Assembly: GCF_000372725.1 (NCBI RefSeq)
Contig: NW_005202428.1
Location: 2,766,670-2,830,669, forward strand
Length of the DNA: 64,000 bases
Origin: Emiliania huxleyi CCMP1516
Lineage: Eukaryota
Reading direction: 5' to 3'
Both the position numbers and the translations under genes were made by a program. The notes below the pieces were generated by a model. The model was not told the DNA's origin. It searched no databases and worked only from the letters and a program-made list of their open reading frames with translations. The stretch's first letter is position 1. Every line of letters begins with the position of its first letter. Shown one piece after another: positions 1 through 10,905 of the stretch.

Positions 1-1160
1 GACGAGCATTCCCCCCACCCCGCCAGGCACCTCGATCTCGCCGTCGTGCTGCGCTGCGCGCGCCGTCGCCTGCGGCTTCATGCCGAGCAGTCCGATCGAG
101 AAGCCGACGACGGAGCTGAGGCGGGGGGTGAGGGCGGGAGGGTGGGGTGGTGAGGGTGGGGGTGGGAGGGTGGGGGTGGGAGGGTGAGGGGTGAGGGTGA
201 GGGGTGAGGGTGGGGGTGAGGGTGGTGGTGGGGGGGGGGGGTTAGCTGAGGCTTCGAGGGCGGCTCGTCACCACCCTCCCGTGTCCCTCCTCCCCTCTCC
301 TCCTCCCCTCTCCGGGTGGCTCGAGGCGGCGGGAGAGAGAGTCGAGGCGGCGCACTCGAGGGGGGCGGCGAGGCGGGACGAAGGTGTGAGTGTGCGTGGG
401 TGTGACAAGCAGAGGAGCGGCGAGAGAGGCCCGTGTCGTAGGAGGCTCGAGCAGCAGCGAGCTAGAGCCGGGGAGCTAGGGCAGGCAGTCTGGAGCGGGG
501 AGAGAGGCACCCGTCTGCTGCGGCGACTGTGAACGAGTAGCGGCAGCGCGACGGCTCGGGCACGAAGATGGGAACCTCGAAGGTGGCGCCGGGCGCGAGC
601 GACAGCGCCGTCGCCGCCCACCGCTGCGCCTCCACCTCCGGCTCCGCGGCAAGCTCCGGCGGCTGGCGCGCCGTCCGGGTCGGCGCGGGAGAGAGGGCGG
701 GAGGCGGCGCGAAGGAGGCCGCCGCGACCGCCTCGCCCGCCGAGTCGGCCGGCGCCGCTTCCGCCACGACCGCTTCCCCCGCGACCGTCACGACCGCCTC
801 CTCCGGAGCGCCGCTTCCCGACTCCCCGGCCGCGGCACCGGCGTGACCATTGGCGGGAGAGAGTGCTGCGGCGGCACCGCCCGTGATCGCCACCAGGCCC
901 TCGATGATGGAGCAGTACGACTCCACCGCTTGCTCTGCTGACAGCGAGCGCACGTCGTTCCAGGCCTCCCACTTTGCACGAGCCACTGCGTCAAAGCGCG
1001 ACGGCCCAGACTCGGGCGCCGGGCCCTCGGCCTGCTTGAAGAGGGCGTACAGCTTGAGCCGCTGGCTGTTTGTCAGCAGGTTCGGCGGCAGCGAGCGTGC
1101 GTCCTCAGACGCCCGCTTATACCTGGCGAGCGCCACCGGGTCGAGCGCGGGCAGCGGCAT
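1..1160 (-). CDS. Acyl-CoA-binding (ACBP) domain protein with probable C-terminal GOLD-like domain; spliced, 3' end runs off the window
   Basis: ATG at 1160; LKLYALFKQA...GP...RFDAVARAKWEAWN...AVESY is the ACBP signature. It is followed by an Ala-rich linker and beta-rich LSLAPGATFEVPI...RYSFTV / VGFSI...GEIEVP segments (exon at 1-115). Confidence 0.8.
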
Positions 1161-1221
1161 TGTGGAGTCTCCTTTCTCCAAGTTTGCTATGCGGCGTCGA
1201 CACGTCTCGGAAAGAATTTTA

Positions 1222-1420
1222 CGGCCACCGCGAGGTGGCACGAAGTTTGCAGCGAGAATCGGAGAGAGACTGCGAAGTGAGATAGGAAGAGGCGGACGCC
1301 CAATGGTGGGCGACGGCTAGCGCACCACACCCCTCTCCTTCAAACCCTGTCTGTGTGGTGGCGGCGTGCCGTTCTCCCATCCCTCCCTTGGGCTGTCTGT
1401 TTTCTTTCTTTCTTTCTTTC
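1222..1420 (+). mobile_element. 5'-truncated 3' end of the RNase H non-LTR retrotransposon, with (TTTC)n tail
   Basis: Near-identical to 52100-52285 (cgaggtggca...gggcgacggctagcgca...ccctcccttggg.tgtctgttttctttc). Confidence 0.85.
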
Positions 1421-2049
1421 TGTGGCGCCGGGCCCGCCCTCCAGGGCGTGGCACGTCTAGTGTCAGCGACGCAAACGGCAAGTGTTTTGCGACGGCAAGT
1501 GTTGGGACCAACACGACGCCGATCGTTGAAAGAAAGTAGCAACCACTCACAGGCTCTACAGCCAAACCGGCGGGAAGGCAGTGACTCAAAAAGGGGTCGA
1601 GCCGCACTAATGGGGTGTCTCCGAGCTTACTGGAGCTCTGATGGACGGCCCTGACTATCCCTGACACACAGAGAGTCACTGACGGCACATAACACCCTAT
1701 AACTGCGTCATGACCAGCCTGCCATGCGTCGCCGGTGCCGCATTCGTTGCTGTGCTTCTTTAGCAGGCGGTGGACTGTCGGCTGCGAGGACGGTCGCATT
1801 TGCGCGAGGCGAGGCAAGCATTGCTGCGCGTTGCATGCGCCATGCCTCCAGCGCGTGCGGGAGCTCCTGGCTGAGCGTTGAGTCCAGGCGAGTTGCGCTG
1901 GCCACCATCGCTACGCCGAGCCGAGCTGACGCGCCGAGGCGCCGGCCAGTCGCAGCCGTGAGGCATGCCACAGCAGCAGAAGCACCTGCCACCCATTGGG
2001 CGGTCAGACAGAAGGCCAGGGCAGCACTGGCAAGTGCAACGCGCCTCAT

Positions 2050-2285
2050 GTCGGAGAGCGACGCCTCTTTCGCGGCTTATAATGCGAGTTTGTTGTTAAA
2101 GGATAGTGTGTGGCATAGAGCTCTACAGCTCTACAGCGCTCCAGAGCGCTCTACATCTCGTCGGAGAGCGAGCGTGCCTCTTTCGGGCTTATGCGAGTTT
2201 GTTGTTAAAGGATAGTGTGTGGCATAGAGCTCTACAGCTCTACAGCGCTCCAGAGCGCTCTACATCTCTACATCCTCTACACCCT
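2050..2285. repeat. Tandem duplication of ~110 bp rich in GCTCTACA motifs
   Basis: tcggagagcga...tgcgagtttgttgttaaaggatagtgtgtggcatagagctctacagctctacagcgctccagagcgctctacatct occurs at ~2051 and ~2161. Confidence 0.85.
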
Positions 2286-2400
2286 CCCTCAGGCAACAGA
2301 CTGTACCGCGCAGGGAGGGAGGGAGGGAGCTAGCTGCACACCCCGCTCTCCCCGCCCGGGCCGGTCCCTCCTCTGCTTCCCTGCGGTGCGTATAGCTGTC

Positions 2401-2725
2401 AAAGAAAGAAAGAAAGAAAACAGACAGCCCAAGGGAGGGATGGGAGGACGGCACGCCGCCACCACACAGGTTTTGCTGCGCCGTGCACTTTCGCGGCCGT
2501 CCTTTGACGTCACACAGGGATTTCAAGGGGAGAAGTGTGGTGCTAGCCGTCGCTCACCCTCGGGACCACTTCCTATCTCTCTTCGCAGTTTCTCACCAAT
2601 TCTCGCAGCGACCTTCATGCCACCTCGCGTTCTTCCCACTCTCGTCCTTCCTCGTTCTCTCTCCTGCTGTTTCATCCTCTGACTCATCGCTCTCCTCGGC
2701 CTCGTTCTGAAACGCCGCCCTGTCT
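2401..2725 (-). mobile_element. 3' fragment of the same non-LTR element in reverse orientation
   Basis: (GAAA)n tail at 2401-2420; reverse complement matches 52545-52810. Confidence 0.85.
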
Positions 2726-2861
2726 TCCGATCGTGAGTTTGGGTTTTCTTTCCCGCATGAAAATTCTCTTCTGTCATCAACAGTCTTGATGACAGTGACA
2801 GAGCTAGCCACTCGAGCCCTCTCTCCCGAAGGCTCCTTCGCCCACAGCCCACATCCCAATC

Positions 2862-3494
2862 ATGAGTGCCTTCCTGGTGGCGGAGCCGGCCATCGTGTGT
2901 GTGGGCGAGATTGCGGCCGCCGCAGCTCCGGCGCTCGCGCGGGTGGCGGGAGATGAGGCAGCCGCCGGCAGCGCCGCCCGGGACGCGAGCAACTCTCGCT
3001 GGAGGATTGGCGACAGGGCGCGCGAGGTGCTGGAGGCCGAATTCAAGCGCGAGCGCTTCCCCTCGGCGAGCCATCGGCTCAAGCTCGCGCAGGCGCTCGA
3101 CGTGGAGCCGAGGCGGATCCAAGTCTGGTTTCAGAACCGGCGGCAGCGCAACAAGGGCCCAGAGCCCTCGCGCTCGGCGTCCGCGGGGCCGGCCAGGTCG
3201 CAGCAGCGCGGCTCGCACGTCGAACTCGCCCGCCCGAGCTGGTGCCCGCCACCCGAAGGAACTAGCGGCGGCAGCGGGAGCAGCAGCAGCATCCGTGGCG
3301 GCGGCCTCGAGGCGCTTCACTGCAGCGAGCACGGGGCGGACCTCCAGCTGACGATGAAGTTGGGGCAGCAAGCCGCCGCCGCGGCTGCCGCCGCCGCCGC
3401 CGCCACTGCCGCCGCCGCCGCCGCCGTCCGCGGCAAGCGGGCCCGCGAGGCGCCTCTCGCCCCGCGCCGCCGAAAGACGCCTCGGGAGGAGAGA

Positions 3495-3525
<31 letters not shown>

Positions 3526-3566
3526 GGCCCCTGCTGCGGTGTGTAGGCGTACCCGGTCTGCGCTGA
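2862..3566 (+). CDS. Homeodomain transcription factor (first exon/ORF; probably continues past the gap)
   Basis: RWRIGDRAREVLEAEFKRERFPSASHRLKLAQALDVEPRRIQVWFQNRRQRNK is a canonical homeodomain with WFQNRR. Confidence 0.9.
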
Positions 3567-3839
3567 GCGGCAGATCACCGCCGCCTCGAGCACGGGCGCC
3601 GAGCGCGACGGCCGGCCCGCGTCAAGTGCACTGCCCCGGAGCCATGGCCCCGTGGCCTGCCCCTCCCCCTTTCCCCTCCCCTTTTCCCCTCCCTCGCTTC
3701 CACTCCCTCGCTTCCCTCCTNNNNNNNNNNNNNNNNNNNNNNNNNNNNNNNNNNNNNNNNNNNNNNNNNNNNNNNNNNNNNNNNNNNNNNNNNNNNNNNN
3801 NNNNNNNNNNNNNNNNNNNNNNNNNNNNNNNNNNNNNNN

Positions 3840-4007
3840 AAACCCCCCCCCGCCTCACATGGACATGCTCATCCGGGTCATCCCTCAAGGTTTCAAGCTC
3901 AAAATACCCTCAAACGAAGGGACGGACGCATTTCCCACTTTCATGTTTCAATATTCCCAAACATCGGTTTCGAAGTTGATGAGACCTCGCCCCCCCCCCC
4001 CCCCCCC
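3840..4007. repeat. ~165 bp dispersed repeat, copy 1 (copy 2 at 6009-6178)
   Basis: Direct near-identity from ccgcctcacatggacatg to gagacctcgc plus poly-C; only a few differences. Confidence 0.85.
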
Positions 4008-6008
4008 ACACCACCACCACCCTCCCACCCTTCGCCATCTGCCCCCGAGCCGCGCATCGACCCCCCCTCCCTCCCCAGCGGGGTCCCTCACCCCCACCCC
4101 GCCTCCGCAGTCCTCTCTTCTTCGGATGACATCGTCAACGCCCTGATGATGGGGTTCGACGCAGCCGCGGAGCCGACACAGGCCCGACCCGCAAGCGGCC
4201 GGCACGCCAAGCTCGAGACCTCGGACGAGCTCATACTCTTGGCAGGGCCGGGCTCGGTGGCAGACACTTCCACCGCGGCCGGCCAGCCTTCCCTCGCCTC
4301 CTCCTCCCTCGCCTCCTCCTCCCTCGCCTCCTCCTCCCTCGCCGCCTCCAGCGCGCCTCTGGTCGCCGCCAGCATCGGGCTGGCGGACCGGAGGGCGGAC
4401 CCGGGCCTCGCGGCGACGGCAGCGTCGATCGGAGTCGCCTTCGCCGCCGCCGCCGCCGGCGGAGGCGAGGCTTCGGCCGGAGGGGGTGCCGACGGCGCTG
4501 CGGCTTCCGCGAGCGCCGTTTGTGGCGGTGGCGGCGGCGGGCCGGGGTGCGGGGCAGTTGTCGCGCGGGCAGTGGTCAGCGGGGCAGTGGCCGGCAGGGA
4601 GGGCGGAGGTGTGGGTGCGGAGGCGTCCGAGGCGGCGGCGGAGGGGATGTCTGCAGAGTGCGCCTCGCAGAGTGCGAGGAGCGCCGCACTCGCTCTGCTG
4701 ACCGACTCGATGGTCACTCCGGAGCAGCGCGCGCACTTCGCCGCAATGCGCGCCGGAGCCGCCCGGCCGACGGAGCAAGGGGTGCTCGCCCTCCCTCCTC
4801 GCGACGGGACGCGAGGGCAGGCAGGACCCGCCCCGCCCCACGCCCTCCCTGGTGGCCCTCTGCGAGCTGCTGCTGCGTCGACGGGCTGAAGCTCTGGACC
4901 CCAGCCCACCTCCCCCCACAACTCCTCTCCTCCATCCGCCCAGCCCGCCTACCTCCCATCTCTCCTCCGCGCGCAGGCGGAGCTGCTTCAGCCTGGCCTT
5001 CCCCAGCCCGGCTTCTCTCAGCAAGAGGACATCCAGTCCTGGAAGAACGCAGCGCACGCTGTCAACTCGGCGCAGCCGCCCCGCCCTCCCCTCCCCCCAC
5101 CCACCTACCGCTGTGCACTCGCCCCCCCCCCCCCCTCCCCGCCCGCCGACTCCGCACACTCTGGCGCATGTCACACGCGCTCGAGCTCCGCCGCCAGGTG
5201 CTGAGCTGTGCGCGGATGCAGTACTCCCTCGCGGTGAACAAGTACGCCGCAGCAGCTGCCGCCGCCGCTTCGCCGCCGCACTCTTGGTGGCCGCCGCACC
5301 TCTGCCCCGCACCGCCCGCCCCGATCGTGCCTCACCGCGCGTGCCTCACCGCGCGTCTTTCGCTCGGCGTGGCAGGCTCCCCGTCTCCTCGCTGCCGCCC
5401 TCCTCCTCCGGCCCCTCCTCGGCCGGCCCCTCCTCCTCCTCCTCCGGCGGCGAGGAGGCGCGGCCTCCCGGCGGGGCCGTCAAGGCGCCGCTGCCCGACG
5501 ATTAATAATTAATAATTATTACCCGATGATTAATAATGTGTGTGTGTGGGCCGTCAAGGCGGAGCTACCCGACGCCGACGCCGAGTGGGGATACGACGAC
5601 TACGGCCAGGTCGAGCAGCTCTTCGCGACGAGCGGCGAGCACTTCTTTTAGCCGCGGCTCGCCCTGCCCCCTCTCCCCCTCCCGCATCTGCCGCACCCCG
5701 CCCCCGCCACCGGCGCCGGGCGGGTGTGCGGGCCGCATACCATGCTCCGCCCGCCTCCCCGCTGCTGCACGGTCCCCGGGCGCGTCGAGCGCCCCGCACT
5801 CGTGCTCTCGCGCCCGCCCGGCCGCTGTTTTCGGTTTCTCTCCCGCTCTGTCCTTGCTTGCCATCTTCCTCTTGTCGTGTCGTCATTTTTAGCTGCCTCG
5901 CGTCTTGGCCCATGAGGCCGACATAGAGTGCGCGAGTGTGCGTAGAGGGTTTGGTCTTTGGAGGCTGAGCCTGAGTCGAGATTCCGGCCCTGGAGTCGCA
6001 ATATCCAA

Positions 6009-6178
6009 TAAACCCACCCCCGCCTCACATGGACATGCTCATCCGGGTCATCCCTCAAGGTTTCAAGCTCAAAATACCCTCAAACGAAGGGACGGACGCA
6101 TTTCCCACTTTCATGTTTCAATATTCACAAACATCGGTTTCGAAGTTGATGAGACCTCGCCCCCCCCCCCCCCCCCCT
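6009..6178. repeat. ~165 bp dispersed repeat, copy 2
   Basis: Matches 3840-4007. Confidence 0.85.
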
Positions 6179-6689
6179 CCAATGAAAAGCGTAAAAAGAG
6201 GACAGCGACGCCGGAAGGGGAAGCGCCGCTTCGCGCTTGGACGTGGGTCACACAATGGCAGCGCTCCAGACGCGCTCTGGTAGCTGCCAATGCCACATCG
6301 CGGTTCGCTGTGCTCCACGCACAGTACCGAGTACGGGGAGGGTCTAGACATGCCAGTCGAGCCATGCCGCGCGCTCGATCTACGAGCGCGCGGGCGGCGT
6401 CGAGAGGCTGCGCCATAGACAGCATGAGGGAGACTGAATACTCCACATGAGAGGGGGGGATGCCCTCGAAGTACTTGTGTCATCGTCGAGCGAGTCAGCA
6501 AGTGGGAGTGGGTGTCCGGCCGTTGTACTGTTCTTCACTGCATGGGTGTCCGTCCGTTGCAGCGCCACATATGAGACGTCCGGCATGCACAAGCAGGAGC
6601 GCAGAGCGCGCGCGCCGGACGGCCTCTGCACCTCTACTGCAGTGCCCTCCTGCACCGAGCGACGCGTCAAACCTTTGTTGCTCTGCCCA

Positions 6690-6860
6690 AAAAAATAAAA
6701 TATTCTTAGCTTCAAGCCCCCCTCCGAGACTAGGGACAGAACCACACCAGTATCAGACCAGCGGGACTGCGCCTCGCCCCCACTTGCCCTGACTACACAG
6801 GATAGCATGCCCCGATAACGGCGACACATAGTGGGGGACACTGCGCAAGGAGGGGGTGCG
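6690..6860 (-). mobile_element. End fragment of an unclassified interspersed repeat, probably retroposed
   Basis: Reverse complement aligns with 23224-23383 (gcacccctccttgcgcagtgtcccc...ggtctgatactgg...agtctcggagggggg...taagaata). Confidence 0.7.
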
Positions 6861-7175
6861 AAGGCTCATTGGGGTACTAGGTGGGACCATGAGGGGGGGT
6901 GGGCGGGGTCCTGTGGGGGTGAAATGTTGCGCGGCGAATTCGAACCTACCCCCTCGCCGCGCCGATCCTCACGCGGAGGGTAAAACCCTGTGGGACAAAA
7001 CCCCCCCGCGGTCGGCAGTCTTCAGAGTGGACCCCCCCCTCCCCAGCCTCCCCTGTGCATCTCGCACCCCCCCCCGCTCCCCATCGGTGACTCGCGAAGG
7101 ACACGGACACTCGGGGTGAGGGGGGGTCCCCCAGAGAGGGGGCTTTGGGGCATTGTTGGGTTGATCGCTCGTGCC

Positions 7176-7300
7176 GATCTCGGGTCGATCTCGGGTCGAT
7201 CTCGGGTCGATCTCGGGTCGATCTCGGGTCGATCTCGGGTCGATCTCGGGTCGATCTCGGGTCGATCTCGGCACTCGGGTCGATCTCGGGTCGATCTCGG
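7176..7300. repeat. Minisatellite (GATCTCGGGTC)n
   Basis: Visible 11-bp tandem unit. Confidence 0.95.
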
Positions 7301-7357
7301 GTCTCGGGTCGGTCTTGGGTCGGTCTCGGAGTGGTTGAGAAAAGAAAAAAATGTGGG

Positions 7358-7700
7358 GCGAGATGAGGCGAGATGAGGCGAGGTGAGGCGAGGTGAGGGG
7401 CGATGAGGCGAGGTGAGGCGAGATGAGGCGAGATGAGGCGAGATGAGGCGAGGTGAGGCGAGATGAGGCGAGATGAGGCGAGGTGTACCTCGGCGAGATG
7501 AGGCGAGGTGAGGCGAGATGAGGCGAGGTGAGGCGAGATGAGGCGAGGTGTGAGGCGAGATGAGGCGAGGTGTGAGGCGAGGTGAGGCGAGGTGAGGCGA
7601 GATGAGGCGAGGTGAGGCGAGATGAAGCGAGGTGAGGCGAGATGAAGCGAGGTGAGGCGAGATGAGGCGAGATGAGGCGAGACTAGGAGGCGAGATGAAG
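7358..7700. repeat. Minisatellite (GAGGCGAGRT)n
   Basis: Visible 10-bp tandem unit. Confidence 0.95.
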
Positions 7701-7864
7701 CGGGATGTTGTGTGGCTGCTTGTGCTGCCAAGCAGGCAGCACAAGCAGCCATACAAGTGAGCTTTTGGGTTGTGTGGCTGCTTGTGCTGCCTGCTTGGCA
7801 GCACAAGCGGCCACACAACATCCCGCTTCATCTCGCCTCCTAGTCTCGCCTCATCTCGCCTCAT
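7662..7864. repeat. Large inverted repeat with nested hairpins, abutting a gap
   Basis: 7662-7756 is the near-perfect reverse complement of 7770-7864. Confidence 0.9.
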
Positions 7865-8997
7865 NNNNNNNNNNNNNNNNNNNNNNNNNNNNNNNNNNNN
7901 NNNNNNNNNNNNNNNNNNNNNNNNNNNNNNNNNNNNNNNNNNNNNNNNNNNNNNNNNNNNNNNNGACAGAGGAAACGAACCCACCAAACCGGGCGGAACA
8001 GGGGCACCCCAACCGGCAAGCACAAGCACCCAGACACGCGGGCAGCAGGACGCGCGGCCCGACCAGCCAATCCTTCACCTCCCGGCAGCACAAGCAGCCA
8101 CACAAGTCAGCTTTGGGAGCTCTCGGCGACGCCCAATGCGTGCGCCGGTAGGGGGGAGTGTGCGCGCGCGTGTGTGAGATGAGGATTGTGGCAGGCTGGC
8201 TGCTGCTGATGTGGGCAAGTGTGCTCTGTGTGCAGCGCTGCGCTGGCGTGCGACGCGCGCGTGCTGTGCGCGTGTGCGTGTTGGATGCGCGTGCGCGTCT
8301 GTGTGTGCTGCGCGCGCGCCGCCGTGTGTGCTGTGTGCTGTACTCTGTTGTGCGCCTGTTTGTGCAGCTGGGAGGTGCAGGCTTGGCTGGCAGGGCTGCG
8401 CGGCGGGCTGCGGCGCGCTGCGGGTGGTCGTGCGCCTGCCTGGTGGTGTGCGGCGGCCGCTCAGCCCGCCCGACCGGGTCGTCGGCGGCCCAGGGCGCGG
8501 GCATGCGGTCTGCGCTGCATGTGAGGCTGCTGCGCGGCTGGCGCGTATGTTTCCGTGCGGTGAGGGACGCGCGTATGTGTTCACGCTGCGGGCGCGGGCG
8601 GGCGCGGGGGGCGGCGTGGTCTCACCGCGGTCCGACGTCGGTTGGTCTTCGGCGTGGCGAGGGCGGGCGCGCAAAGAGCTTGCCGCCATCGCGTTGCCGC
8701 CAAGGAAAAAGAATGATTGTTGCTCTGCCCATGACCGTGTCCGCCGGCGGCTCCGAGCTCGGGCGAGCGAGTCCTGCGTGGCCGCGGACGCTCCATTGGC
8801 AACACTCAGAATACACTCCAAGGGACACGTTTTTTTATTCTGGAGACCGCGTCAAAGACTACCAACTCAGGTCAGACCACAGACGCAAAGGAAGGCGTGC
8901 GAAGATAAGGAATGAGGTTAACCTTTTGCGCAGCAACACCTTAAACTTTCATTCAGGCCATCCACAAGATCGGAAAATCGGACACCCCTCTCCACGC

Positions 8998-9816
8998 CAT
9001 AGTCTGAGGGTATCCTAAAAGTTCGGCCGATTTGGGTCAAAACGCTAAAAGCACGCCCGGGCGTAGATTTGGGGCAAAACGACAAAAGTGGGCCCGCCCG
9101 GGGCAAAATGGTAAAAGTCGCGCGCCACAGGCGCGCGCGAAAATTTTGGACATTCTGCTCTCCGGCGGCGCCCGCAGCGCGGTCTCCAAATCCTCGCTCG
9201 CTATAGCGGCGTGCAGCCGGCGGCGCAGCCACGCCTTGTTGCCCGAGAGGGCCTCGCCACGCTCGCCCAGCTCCTCCTTGAGCTCCACCACCTTCATCGC
9301 CACCAGATCCTTTTACCTTTCGCATCGCCGCCGCCGCAAAGAGCCCCGGGCTCAGCGGCTCAGCGCCTCAGCCTCGTGCTCAGCAGCGCCCTTATCAATG
9401 TGTGACAAACTTGTAGCGCTACATGTGCATGCACATGGACATGGACATGGACATGGACATGGACATGGACATGGACATGGACATGGACATGGATGCACAT
9501 GGACATGGACATGGACATGGACATGGACATGTGCATGCACATGTGCATGTGTTTGGACACACACCGGCGGGCGCTTTCGAGGCGAGCGGCATTTTTCTAG
9601 GCATAGTGTGCAGGAACTACTTCTGCCGTTTGCGGCGTTTGCGGGACGGATAGCTAGTACTTACTGCACCCGGCGCGCAGCGCCGAAGAAAAACTTGAAA
9701 AATGCTAAAAGTTGGGCGCTCCGAGACGACCAAAGTGGTAAAAGTCGCACTCTCCCCTGACCCGATCAAAAGCGTAAAAGCACCCGAGGCTCCAGAAACC
9801 TAACCCTCAGACTATG
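8998..9816. mobile_element. Non-autonomous hAT-type DNA transposon carrying a SAP-domain fragment and (CATGGA)n
   Basis: TIR CATAGTCTGAGGGT / ACCCTCAGACTATG; perfect 8-bp TSD CTCCACGC (8990-8997, 9817-9824); subterminal AAAA..TAAAAG motifs. Confidence 0.9.
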
Positions 9817-10124
9817 CTCCACGCCCAAGCGAAATAAATGAGGTTAAATAAATAAAACGGTCAAACTCTGATCTCTGAGTACTGAGACGAGATATGGGAT
9901 TTAGGATGTGCATGCGTCCCCGCCCTGCACGATCTTGGCCTGTGAGAGCCCTTCAATCAGGTTAAATCAGGTTAAAGGCGTGTGAAAAGGCGCGTTTATG
10001 TGAACACAGCCTCCGGCAGCGCCCGCCGCCCGGGGCTTCGCCCAGCACCACTCGCAACAGCTCTCGCGCGCCGCCACCGTCTGTGCACTGTGGCGACCTC
10101 GCGCAGAACTGAGAACATCAACAA

Positions 10125-10300
10125 CGCTGTGAGATGATGGAGAGGGGGGACGACACTGCTTCTGCAGCGTGCACCTCGATCCTGTACCGTGTTTGTTATG
10201 ACCCCCCCCCAATGTACACACACACCAGTGAGGGAGGGCGAGACGATCGAGGGGTCCCGAACAATGCGGAATCGACCCTATCCAGTGCTCAAGTGCTCAA
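10125..10300 (+). mobile_element. Repeat family B terminal fragment ending in AGTGCTCAAGTGCTCAA
   Basis: Matches 53268-53438, 46405-46566 (rc) and 59231-59277. Confidence 0.85.
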
Positions 10301-10464
10301 CAACGCTGCTCGCAACAATGCGTGTCGCGCACTCATTTTACCGGTTCTCAATGTCCCCCCCCCCCCCCCCTGCGCGCGGGCCTTCTAGGCCCGCGGGTAG
10401 TCTCCCCCCCTCCCCAGGGCCTCCAGGGCTCGCACCTCAACCTCTCACAGACCAAAAAAAGAAA

Positions 10465-10545
10465 ATACGAGAAAGAAAAGAAAACACGCAAAGCAAACGA
10501 GGGATGGGACGAGGACAGGGTCCCTACCTGCACGAGCAGGATCAC
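10465..10545 (-). mobile_element. 3' fragment of T-rich-tailed retroelement family D
   Basis: rc gatcctgctcgtgcaggt.gggaccctgtcc matches ~13787-13818 and ~49343-49374; T-rich tail. Confidence 0.7.
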
Positions 10546-10905
10546 AGACCAGCGCATAGCGCCATACGACGTATTTTCTTCTCAATACAAGGCTGTAAAG
10601 AAAAGGTGGTGGAGGCGCTCGCCGCGTGCGGCGATTGAGCGCCTCCCTCTCTCTCCGGCTGCGCGCCTGACCGGTCGGTCGTCGGTGCGGCCTCCGAGTC
10701 GGCGTCTAGCGCGCGCGATAAGCTTTTTGCTCGCCTTCCCTGGGACCCCGTGTTGCGTGACTGTCTCTGTGCGATTTCGGGCCCGGGGTTGTGCGTTTAT
10801 GTGAACAGCGCACAGGATACGAGTATGTGTCTCTGAAACAACGCTCTGAAGAAAAGGTGGAAGCGCGCTGGTCCCTGGCGAGGTACTCCCACGCCTCTCG
10901 GGGTT

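Noticed and set aside
4088..5650. Overlapping long Ala/Pro/Arg-rich ORFs
   Set aside because: Probably downstream exons of the homeobox gene plus GC-driven shadow ORFs; the exon structure cannot be resolved.
6946..8029. Long SPHLA/RPEID repeat ORFs (also 18317-19033)
   Set aside because: These are stop-free minisatellites in GC-rich DNA, not credible proteins.
9352..9653. HG/HV/CP/MD-repeat ORFs
   Set aside because: These are translations of a (CATGGA)n microsatellite.
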